DNA from: Epiperipatus broadwayi
Lineage: Eukaryota > Animalia > Onychophora
Direction: 5' to 3'
NCBI GenBank assembly: GCA_028023455.1
Contig: JAQFVV010000002.1
Location: 6,448,001-6,512,000 of the forward strand
DNA length: 64,000 nt
Under the pieces are notes generated by a model, which made no database searches, had not been told where the DNA came from, and worked only from the letters and a program-made list of their open reading frames with translations. The translations under genes were made by a program, and so were the position numbers. Positions 53,615-64,000 of this stretch are shown here, in pieces. The stretch's first letter is position 1. Every line of letters starts with the position of its first letter.

Positions 53615-54105
53615 ACCACAGTCCAGACCATGTAAAATTAATGTAATCTTGTGTAAACCAATAAAACAACTTTTACATATGTGAAACTACAACTACAGAT
53701 TACCTATGTAACCACAACAATCTAAGCTATGTAAAACCCTTGGAACTAATCTACAGCATAAATAAATAAATCAACTTTTACATATATAAACCAAATCTGT
53801 GGATTGCCTATGAAACCACAGTAATCCAAGCCAGGTGAAACACTTGTAACTAATTTACATCATGAAATTTTTTTGTAATCTCATGTAAATCAATAAATCA
53901 ACTTTTATATATGTAAACCTATATCTATGGATTCCCCATGTAACCACAGCAATTGAAGATATGTAAAATTGTATAACTAATCCACAGCATGTAAACAATC
54001 CTGTAATCCTGTGTAAAACAATAAATCAACTTTTATATATGTAAACCTACAACTATGGATTACCCATGTAAACACAGCAATCCAAGCTATGTAAACTATT
54101 GCAAC
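53615..54105. repeat. Tandem repeat, 4 copies of a ~127-bp unit
   Basis: Anchor AATAAA(A/T)CAACTTTTA(C/T)ATAT at ~53660, 53765, 53892 and 54020. Each is followed by …GGATT.CC.ATGTAACCACAGCAATC.AAG.TATGTAAA. Confidence 0.85.
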
Positions 54106-54509
54106 TCTTTAAGACAAATAAAGCTTATCATTGAAACATATGTATATAAACTAAGAAGCAAATAAAAATATTCCTTGTTTACCTATTTAATCCTGAATTA
54201 ATTATATTTATCCATTGCATCTATTATATGGTTTTATAAAAATAACTAACATGTGTTGTGAATGATACACTAACAAAATTAAAAAAAAAAAAAAATTATA
54301 CTAGCATAAATATTGCCAAATAAATACATAAAAAAATATTTTCAAAATTTTAATAAGTATGTTTACTTTATTTACTATTTATTTCATAATATTAAGCATA
54401 AACTAATTAATTTATATATATAATATTATAATATAAACATTTATTAAATATATACTATCATCCAGATTACTGGAAAATATTTATACATAAAACCTATTGC
54501 TTTATATAT

Positions 54510-56224
54510 TGTACCTATATTGATATAGGCACATATAATTTTATCTAAAAAAAATTATTAAAGTAATTTTGCATAAAAGAGAAACATAAAATTAAATGTT
54601 GAGTTTATTGCAGCTTGTTTTCGGAAAAGATAAGAATCAAATAGTTTTCTATCATTAATTTCTGAAATAAGAGCTACAATCAATTAATCAGAAGGGGAGA
54701 GGGGTGTTTCGTTAGAGAAATTAAACTAAGGGTTATAAAAGGAAGTAAAGAGTTTTTATTAGTATTCGTAAAAATATAATTTAAAAAGTTAAAACATACA
54801 AATCTCTTTTCATTCAAGTTTAATTAAAGAAAAAATAATGTTAAAACTAATATATGTGCGTATATATGTGCGATTGTCAACAATAGAATAAATGTTATTA
54901 TAAATAAATGAAAGTTAAAGAAGATTATCATTAAAAAACACGGCAATGTCTATTAGATATTAATTAATATAAAACAATACGTTTTGCATGGCTTACTAAT
55001 TAAGCAATCTTTCAAAACATGTTTATCAAATGATTATCACTGGAATTTTGACAACAGATCTTTGCCGGAGATAGAAAGACAACACGTCACAGGTATAAAT
55101 AGACTTTTTTTATCGGACAGTAGGTCAGTTCACAAAGTAATTGAGTAGTGCAGTTCAGAAATTAATTGAGTCAGTTAACAAACAAAATGCAGTGTTGAGA
55201 AGATTTTGGGAATTCACGCCTCTCCACAGCCTAAAAAGTCTGATGAAAACAGCAAGATCTGCCCGTGAAATAATGTCAACATAACAACTTAGAAAATCTC
55301 CATCAATATCTAATTGTCTCCAATAGTAATAATCGTGAAAATCAGGAAACTCATCAAGGAAAAGTCCCAGCCGGCTGGTAAGCATTCATAATGGAAATAT
55401 CCTCACCAAAAGCAGCCACCAAAGAGAACAAAATTCTACGTCTACATTCAAAAGCCTAGGTAAAACATTTGCTTATTTCGTTTATACTGTAATAGCCATT
55501 GCATTGCATTAATTCATACGAATCTTTCAAGAGTCTAATTATATGAACTTTATATCATACATAAATGAACTATTGATATGTGTGTTTAAATTTCAAATGC
55601 TATGTAATACTTTATTATTATTATGTGTGTGTGAGTTAATATGTGCGTGATCATTATATCAATATTTATTAGTTAAATTAGAGTGTTCTGTTATTAAATC
55701 TATAGGAATATTTAAACTATTTAGAAATGTTAATTTAAAATATGCGTGTGTTTTATTAGAATTATAAAATGTTTAAATTTAGTAAATAAATGTTAGTTAA
55801 TAAATTATCTTTAAAATTAAACTTTATTTGTCGGTCAATTCCTTTTATCAAATTCTTTTATCAACTCCTTTTACAATTCTTTTATCAAGTCTTTTAACCA
55901 CTAATTAAGTATAATCTATTAGTGATTACAAACAACTGAGCTAGTCGTGGATTTAGGCATTGAGTTAGTGGCCACTGTTCAAAGTGCATTGTCTATTCTT
56001 TTAGTATTCTTTTAGAATAAGCAGCTGGTGCCCGTGGTTATACACAAACAAAAAAGTGCTTTGGATGTGGTGTTGAACTCAACAGCCGAGAAGAAGCTAT
56101 GTCCTGGAAATGTAACGTTAGTTATATACTTTATAGCTATCGTTTGGGCATACATACTCTCCGAGTATGTTCTTCTCTGCCTAAGAGACCGGTGTTTCGA
56201 ATGCACATATTCGAACTCGGTACA
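54510..56224 (+). repeat. 5' LTR (1715 bp)
   Basis: About 20 substitutions and one 12-bp indel relative to 58929-60631 (hand alignment, ~99% identity). Confidence 0.93.
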
Positions 56225-56226
56225 AA

Positions 56227-56247
56227 TGGCTTTACCCAACATGGGAC
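56227..56247 (+). other. Primer binding site, tRNA-Lys(CUU)-like
   Basis: TGGCTTTACCCAACATGGGAC, 2 nt after the LTR, compared with the canonical TGGCGCCCAACGTGGGGC. Confidence 0.7.
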
Positions 56248-56594
56248 GAACTTGTCATAAATGACAGTTAATTAAATACTTTGTTCTTGTTGAAAATAAA
56301 AATCTAAAAAGTTAAATTACGTATGTAAAAGTGTTTTAATTTAAAAAAAAAAAAAAAAAATTGACCGAAAATTATTTTTTTTCGAAAATAACAGAGATTT
56401 TGACATATATGCTATCAAATCAGAGTCAATTAGATGTTATGGGTGGAGTTAAAGCATTAAGATCGGGTAGAGAAAAGGATTAAAAGGGTGGAGTTAGCGT
56501 GAGTTTCTGTCTTAGTAAGAAAAATAAATAAATAAGTTGTATTTAAATTTAGTTTAACATAAGCGCTAGTACTTTGAAATTGAAATTTTCAAAA

Positions 56595-57440
56595 ATGGAT
56601 CCAAAAGAAAGCCCAATATATTTTAAAAATCCCCAGTTAGTGGAAAAAGAGAAAGAAGAAGTATCTGAGACGTGAATGATGATGAAAATGATGATGAATG
56701 TGATGCAAGAGTTTAAAGAAGAATTGTGTCAGAAATTTGAACAAAGCCAACAGGAGCTTAAAGCTGAATTCAAAGCAGAATTGATAAAAGAAATGCATCA
56801 AGAAATTAAACAAAGTCAACAAGAATTGTGTCAGAAATTTGAGCAAATCCAACAAGAGCTCAAAGAAGAACTCAAAGCAGAATTGAAGGCAGAAATTAGT
56901 CAGGTTAAAGGAGAAATTAATGAACTCAGAGCGGAAATTAGAGAAATGAAGGAAATGAGGGGTGAAATAATAGATGAAGTAGAAACAAATCATATAGCCA
57001 TAGAAGCTGTAGTGAAAGATTTGAATGAAGAAAGTCAGGAAGTTGAGGTCACGAAAGAGGTAGAAATTGAATTAGAATCAGATAGCATTGTGATAAATAA
57101 AGTAGACACAAATGTAGATCAAGAAATAGAAGAAAAACATAAGTTCAAGGTAGTAGATAGTGTAGAAAAGTTTTTACTAAAATTTAAAAAGGTTAAAGTA
57201 AACGTTCGCATTCACTGTAGACATAGATTTAAAACAAAGAGGAAGCGTAGGAAAAAATATTCACAACTAGGAAAAATATGGAGGTCTGTAAAGCTTAAAA
57301 GTTTTCTAATTTACAAGGCAGAAAATAGAACGGAAAGAGAAAGAGATAAAATAGATTTTAATCAAGAAATGAGAATATGGAGTATGATTTATATTATAAA
57401 ATTAGTAGAAAGAAAGAAGGAACCACCTGACATAGTTTAA
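56595..57440 (+). CDS. Coiled-coil, gag-like ORF of the LTR element (281 codons with one in-frame TGA at 56673; 254 aa from the next ATG)
   Basis: MDPKESP…EVSET*MMMKMMMNVMQEFKEELCQKFEQSQQELKAEFKAEL… has internally repeated E/K/Q heptads, an acidic middle, a basic patch (RFKTKRKRRKK) and a C-terminal KEPPD. No zinc knuckle. Confidence 0.65.
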
Positions 57441-58489
57441 AAGTTAGTAATCGGGTGGAATAGTAAAGGAAATAAACAAAAAGGACCGGAAATGGACTAT
57501 GAGTCTAATATAATTATTTTGACATAGGTGAAAAGCCTGAATTAGAATTTCGCTATTTAAAATGATGGATTGTTTTGTCAAATAATAATAACGGAGGCTT
57601 CGCAAAATAAAAGATTTTTTTTTCTCCACGCACATATTAATTAAGGAAATGTTCGTAAATAAACAGTTCAAATAAATAAAAATCAATAAAATCAAGTTAA
57701 ATAAATGGGTCAAATTAAAGATTTAGAAATAATGTTTGTAGAATTAAATAAATGAATAAAATAACGGAAATACATAAAATAAAAACAAGTTAAATAAATA
57801 AGTATAATATATCTGTAGAAAATAAATAAAATATTCATAGTAAAATAAAATAGTTTTTTGAATATACGCATGTTAAAATAAAAGTTTGTTTTGAATACCG
57901 TAAGTTAAGAAAAGGATGTAAATAAATTGTTTAAAATAATCAAGATAAAAAAAAAATCTCTAGTAAAATAATAATGAATGAATCATAATAAAGCAAAATA
58001 GTTTTTTTCTGAGTACACGCACGTTAATATATAAGTTAAAGTAATGGGTTAAAAGTAATATCGTAATATAAATAAATATGTAAATTGATGTCCATGATAG
58101 TTTAGAATAGTATTGTAAGATTAAATAAATAATGTTGAAATAATGTTCGTAATGGTTTGAAATAATGGTGTAAGATTAGATTAATACAAATAAATATGTT
58201 AAAGTAATGTTCATGCGTATTTAAAAATAATATTGAAAGGTTAAAATAATATAAATGAAAGTCAATCTAAGTTGTATTAAGAATGTATAAGGATTCGAAA
58301 TTAAAGGGATGAGGGTAGTATTGAAATAAGTTAGTTAAGGATTAAGTTTAAAGCTGTCGACTGGATAGATTTTAGCACCCATAACGGATTGGCCAGGATC
58401 ATTCCTCTTTTTAAAAAAAAACGCACTGGCAACAACCAGAGTAGGTCATAAGTATCTTTTCAGGGGAGAATCCCCATATCTCGTACCTC

Positions 58490-58673
58490 GTTTTCCAAAG
58501 CGTAAGTCGGAAATGGACAGTTGAAAATTCATGCCATTCACAGCTGCTTAGTCAATGTCCGATCAAGAGAATCAGCAATTGTTTTCCAGAGCGTAAGTCG
58601 GAAATGGACAGTTGAAATTCCTGCCATTTGCAGCTACCTTTTCTTAGTCAAAGTCCGATCAAGAGAATCGGCA
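58490..58673. repeat. Internal tandem duplication, 2 x ~91 bp
   Basis: GTTTTCCA(A/G)AGCGTAAGTCGGAAATGGACAGTTGAAA…GTCCGATCAAGAGAATC at 58490 and 58581. Confidence 0.9.
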
Positions 58674-58909
58674 GCCGAAGCTTCGTTTATAAAAGATCCC
58701 TGTGCCACAAATTTAGTTTGTCCTCGTGGTCACTATCCAGGATGAACATTGTAAACAATGTTGCCAGCATAGAAAGAAGAAAAGCATAATTGGAGATTGC
58801 CCTTAGTATGAAAAGGAAAAGATACCAAAAAGCAAACTTAGAAGGAATAATAAATTAAGATTTAATGTTGTCAGAGATAAAATGGTCAAAAATGACGCAT
58901 TTTACTCTC

Positions 58910-58923
58910 AAAAGGAAGGGCGG
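58910..58923 (+). other. Polypurine tract
   Basis: AAAAGGAAGGGCGG, just upstream of the 3' LTR. Confidence 0.75.
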
Positions 58924-58928
58924 TGTAA

Positions 58929-60631
58929 TGTACCTATATTGATATAGGCATATATAATTTTATCTAAAAAAAATTATTAAAGTAATTTTTCATAAAAGAG
59001 AAACATAAAATTAAATGTTGAGTTTATTGCAGCTTGTTTTCGGAAAAGATAAGAATCAAATAGTTTTCTATCATTAATTTCTGAAATAAGAGCTACAATC
59101 AATTAATCAGAAGGGGAGAGGGGTGTTTCGTTAGAGAAATTAAACTAAGGGTTATAAAAGGAAGTAAAGAGTTTTTATTAGTATTCGTAAAAATATAATT
59201 TAAAAAGTTAAAACATACAAATCTCTTTTCATTCAAGTTTAATTAAAGAAAAAATATTGTTAAAACTAATATATGTGCGTATATATGTGCGATTGTCAAC
59301 AATAGAATAAATGTTATTATAAATAAATGAAAGTTAAAGAAGATTATCATTAAAAAACACGGCAATGTCTATTAGATATTAATTAATATAAAACAATACG
59401 TTTTGCATGGCTTACTAATTAAGCAATCTTTCAAAACACGTTTATCAAATGATTATCACTGGAATTTCGACAACAGATCTTTGCCAGAGATAGAAAGACA
59501 ACACGTCGCAAGTATAAATAGACTTTTTTTATCGGACAGTAGGTCAGTTCACAAAGTAATTGAGTATTGCAGTTCAGAAATTAATTGAGTCAGTTAACAA
59601 ACAAAATGCAGTGTTGAGAAGATTTTGGGAATTCACGCCTCTCCACAGCCTAAAAAGTCCGATGAAAACAGCAAGATCTGCCCGTGAAATAACGTCAATG
59701 TAACAACTTAGAAAATCTCCATCAATATCTAATTGTCTCCAATAGTAATAATCGTGAAAATCAGGAAACTCATCAAGGAAAAGTCCCAGCATTCATAATG
59801 GAAATATCCTCACTGAAAACAGCCACCAAAGAGAACAAAATTCTACGTCTACATTCAAAAGCCTAGGTAAAACATTTGCTTATTTCGTTTATACTGTAAT
59901 AGCCATTGCATTGCATTAATTCATACGAATCTTTCAAGAGTCTAATTATATGAACTTTATATCATACATAAATGAACTATTGATATGTGTGTTTAAATTT
60001 CAAATGCTATGTAATACTTTATTATTATTATGTGTGTGTGAGTTAATATGTGCGTGATCATTATATCAATATTTATTAGTTAAATTAGAGTGTTCTGTTA
60101 TTAAATCTATAGGAATATTTAAACTATTTAGAAATGTTAATTTAAAATATGCGTGTGTTTTATTAGAAATATAAAATGTTTAAATTTAGTAAATAAATGT
60201 TAGTTAATAAATTATCTTTAAAATTAAACTTTATTTGTCGGTCAATTCCTTTTATCAAATTCTTTTATCAACTCCTTTTACAATTCTTTTATCAAGTCTT
60301 TTAACCACTAATTAAGTATAATCTATTAGTGATTACAAACAACTGAGCTAGTCGTGGATTTAGGCATTGAGTTAGTGGCCACTGTTCAAAGTGCATTGTC
60401 TATTCTTTTAGTATTCTTTTAGAATAAGCAGCTGGTGCCCGTGGTTATACACAAACAAAAAAGTGCTTTGGACGTGGTGTTGAACTCAACAGCCGAGAAG
60501 AAGCTATGTCCTGGAAATGTAACGTTAGTTATATACTTTATAGCTATTGTTTGGGCATACATACTCTCTGAGTATGTTCTTCTCTGCCTAAGAGACCGGT
60601 GTTTCGAATGCACATATTCGAACTCGGTACA
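58929..60631 (+). repeat. 3' LTR (1703 bp)
   Basis: Direct repeat of 54510-56224, lacking the 12 bp present at ~55373-55384. Confidence 0.93.
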
Positions 60632-63601
60632 ATCTATATATATATATATAGTAACAGAATAGATTTTTATGCATGATAATAGATTAGCTAGGTCATAAAT
60701 AGTGGATAAGAAAGTCTATCTAGGATCTCTGCATGTTTATACCTATGCACACTTTGATCTCCTTCCTGGGAGATGGCGTATTAATACTCAAACATGTATC
60801 AAACTACATCCATATACTCACCTCATTCTTATCACCTTTAATTTCCATTATTCCCAGATTTCAAACTCAGGAAAAATCTGCATAGTCATCTAGTTCAGGG
60901 TATATGAATATCAGTTAATATTTGGGTATGTGCAAACATGTATGAAGATATGGGGGTATGTGAGTGATGTGATAACATATGTAAATGTATGACAACTTAA
61001 AAAATAAATATGGATAAATACCATATATTTAACAAGTTTATTTATAGCAAGCATAAACTTAGTAATGAAATTTATAACAAAATATAAATAATTTAAGTTA
61101 ACATCAATGGACATTCTTTGATTATCATTATTTCTAATAATAGGTTCAACCCCTTGTTACCTTCAGAAAATAAACATTTGATGTCCAAGTCAACATAATA
61201 AGAAAATTATTTTACAACTTAGAATTTTTTAAATCATTCTTGCTTGCTAAATTATTTTATTATAATTATAATTTGTTATTATTCCCACTAACTTGATAAA
61301 TTAATTCACATCAATTATATCTTGATGATATGGGATCCCCCTGCTATAGTGTTTGATTATGATAAAAACAGGAAAGACCATTTATACTAGAAATAGTCAG
61401 TCAGGTACATCTAAAACAATTAACCAAATGATTAGTATTAACAAACAAAAAACATAAAAACAGTGTCACTGTACAAGTGTTGGCAATTAATATGTATTAA
61501 GTAAAATCTTACTTCTCTTTTAATGATGATCAGATCTGTAAGCAAGTAAATTCTCATCAGAACCTAGATTTTATTTAAATTTACAATAAAACTAATAATA
61601 TTTAATTCTTCTATTACATATCAATAACTTATATCCCCTTTTCATTCATATTAAAGGAAAAAGATAAACTAAGTAATTTACATAAAATAAATAAATAATT
61701 AAAATTTATGACATTAACCTAAATGTAACTTGAGAGTAGAAAATGTCTTAGTATAAAATTATAATCATCTTTCTTAATCCATTCTAGGTTATGGATGGTA
61801 AGATTCGAGGGTTCTAGAACATGCATTATGTCACTTATAATTTCTCTCCATAGAAGGTCTGCTTTGAGATGTAGAACTTATTGATTCATTTTTCAATAGT
61901 AAATTAGATGTTTTACAGCATAGATGCTAAATGCTAGGTCAATTTCATTTCAGTTTTGACAATTACAGCTTCATAGGTGATGATTTTTTTCCCTGATGTC
62001 ACTTTGCAAGTAGCAATGCATGTTTGACTGTATTGCTATTTATATTTATTTAGTAAAAAATTTTGAGTGAAGTAAAAACAATATTTTTACTATTAGATAT
62101 CCTGAATTAAAGTTAATTTGATCTCTGGCTTAAAGTTAGAAACACTTTAGAAATGTCAAATAATTTGAATTTAATTTTGGAGATTTCACTTTAAAATCTC
62201 TCAGTTGGCTAGAATTGAATCTCTATGCTTTTATTTTTTTTACTGAATATCCAAAGGGTTGTTTCCATTAATATTTCACTTTAGTGGTGGCTGAATTCTC
62301 TATTCAAACTACAAGTTCGATTTCTCAGCTTAAATTTTATGCAGGTTGCTCAGCTGATGAGATTTTTTATCTGATCTTTGAGATGAATCTTGTTGATTTT
62401 TATGTTTTCCAATTACTAAAATGAGGATGTTTGATATAAGATGATTTTTGATGACTTTAACTAGCATGTTTGTGGTTGTATTTATATTAATTATTTATAT
62501 CAATATTAGGAATTATTATATACATTAATAACAATACAAATTTTATTTATTTTTTCCTTTAAATAATTTTTCATTTCTTACTTGCTCTAATCTATCCTAT
62601 CATATTTCTCTCATATTGTTATAATGTATAGGAGTTACATCACAATTGATGAGATATTTTTAACAAAGGTTAATGTTCATGTCTATATTTTTCTCAATTA
62701 TAGTGCTTGTGATTAATTTCATTTTGTTATTGAAGTGAATTTTAATTCATTTTCATTTATTGAGTCTTGGATTTCAATTAGGCAAAAAGTGTTTTAATGG
62801 TACTGGAGGGATGTAAGGCCACACCTTACATTACCCCTCTAGTAAAAAAGATGTTAAAGATGAGTGATATCTATTTCTCATTTAAGGTTTGATTTAAGAT
62901 CCTAACTTAGTGTTTTACTTTTTTAGTGATTGTCTGATTTTTATTTAGAGATTGTTTTGGTTTATCTTTAATTACTCTTACCTGAAAATATATATTTTAC
63001 TTTTGCTAGGATATTTTGTCTTAAGATTATGTGTAATAACTAACCCGTCATGTAATACTAGGATTTTTGATCGCTTGAATTATTCTATCCTCAGAAGTAA
63101 TTTTTACACAATATGTCTTTAATTCATATATTTGATAGTATATGGAATAAATTATTTATTGTTGTATTTATTTCTAATGCAATGATATACCAAAAACTTC
63201 TATAGCAGAAGATCTGATTAAAAATGCAGATAAGTTTTACTTTGGATAACTTATGTATTAGTTTAAATACAGATCTCTTTTGCTTTGAGAATTAATTAAT
63301 TTTCTTGGGTATCAGTTAAACAAAAAAGTTGTCATTAATTTGTAAATAAAGCAACTCGTTAGAGTAATCAGTCTCCATTCATGACAATAATAGTATGGTT
63401 TATTGCTTATTCTAGAAATAAGATGATAATTTATTTCTAAAAGTTAATTTTTTAAATATATCTTCAGACACAAGTTTTATGAAGTGCATCCTCCCCTTTA
63501 CAATTCTATCAGTCAATCTAATTAGTCATAATTCTAATTACTGTTACATGAGTTTAAATTCATAACCTGTAGATTTTTATTTAGTATTAAACTGGTTTAA
63601 T

Positions 63602-63624
63602 TATATATATATATATATATATAC
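63602..63624. repeat. (TA)n microsatellite
   Basis: Uninterrupted TA run. A similar run at 60635-60650 flanks the LTR element. Confidence 0.85.
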
Positions 63625-63659
63625 ACACTTAATTTACAATACCAAAAAATGGGATTATT

Positions 63660-63960
63660 CCATATCTCATGGTTTGGTTTCCATATCCTGGAGTTGTAAT
63701 CCTATGGGTCCATTTTCATTATTTGTTGATTAAGCCTTTGTGGGAAGGTAAATGGACCCTCATAGGTGTTACACAGTTTATGGAATGTAAAGCCTTTTGG
63801 ATTCTTACTGAGTGGTGTTTTAATGTATGTTTTGCCTCCAATCTTGAATTTATTCCTTGATTTATTTTTATTTTTATTCTGTTTTGTACTCTTCTTTATT
63901 ATTATATAATGTGTCCATTTGATCTTTTCCTTGACCTATGGATGTTTCCATGAGCATGAA
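63660..63960 (-). mobile_element. Possible degraded LINE post-RT fragment (I/Jockey-like)
   Basis: Minus strand …RIQKALHSI.CVTPMRVHL… resembles IQN.ALR.I.GA…TP…LH. Weak. Confidence 0.25.
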
Positions 63961-64000
63961 ATAAGGGTTTCTGATGAAGAATTGGAGCTAATTGAATTGG

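Larger units (their letters stand above)
54510..60631 (+). mobile_element. Young non-autonomous LTR retrotransposon (Ty3/Gypsy-type ends, no pol)
   Basis: Two ~1.7-kb LTRs with TGTACC…GGTACA inverted termini, a tRNA-Lys-like PBS, a PPT and a 4-bp TSD ATAT/ATCT. The 2.7-kb interior has one coiled-coil ORF and no protease, RT, RNase H or integrase motifs. Confidence 0.92.

Noticed and set aside
56180-56224. Hammerhead-like GAAT-loop-ATTC-GAAAC-ACCG-GTC on the minus strand at the LTR end (also 60587-60631)
   Set aside because: There is no CUGANGA box and no stem I partner. It is better explained as a U5 hairpin next to the PBS.
56637-56993. 118-aa antisense ORF, and similar antisense ORFs over the RTE (23870-24786, 25895-26241)
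   Set aside because: These are shadow frames of real sense-strand TE coding sequence.
1-64000. CRISPR arrays, prokaryotic operons, tRNA/rRNA genes, and the remaining 60-90 aa ORFs as genes
   Set aside because: The window is eukaryotic and TE-rich. Its tandem repeats lack unique spacers, and no cloverleaf or rRNA motifs were seen. The short ORFs mostly use alternative starts and have the low-complexity composition expected by chance.

Overview
A strongly AT-rich (by eye under 30% GC), CpG-depleted eukaryotic window, most consistent with an invertebrate and probably an arthropod (inferred from DRE/Inr-like motifs and the TE families). It is mostly intergenic or intronic DNA packed with transposable elements of different ages. 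No host protein-coding gene, tRNA, rRNA or CRISPR array can be supported. Well-supported elements: (1) a complete Merlin (IS1595/ISXO2-like) DNA transposon with 58-bp TIRs and a perfect 8-bp TSD (3004-5820); (2) an old minus-strand LINE split by an internally deleted Mag-like Ty3/Gypsy element (8531-10933); (3) a separate Gypsy pol fragment (14.7-16.1 kb); (4) a near full-length RTE LINE (23.5-26.4 kb) plus two older fragments of the same family; (5) a hAT deletion derivative (47382-48420); (6) a Penelope GIY-YIG remnant (51.1-51.4 kb); (7) a young 6.1-kb non-autonomous LTR element with 1.7-kb LTRs that encodes only a coiled-coil protein (54510-60631). Most notable observations: a 451-bp partial-tandem unit carrying a minimal type I hammerhead ribozyme (retrozyme or Penelope pLTR-like, 30.0-30.6 kb); the pol-less LTR element, whose two LTRs differ mostly at CpG sites, pointing to TE methylation; two unassigned decayed ORF cassettes (1.3-2.9 kb and 16.2-18.1 kb); a long fold-back hairpin (21.5 kb); and two CpG-retaining promoter-like islands (43.2 kb and 52.6 kb). 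All alignments and counts were done by hand and are approximate.
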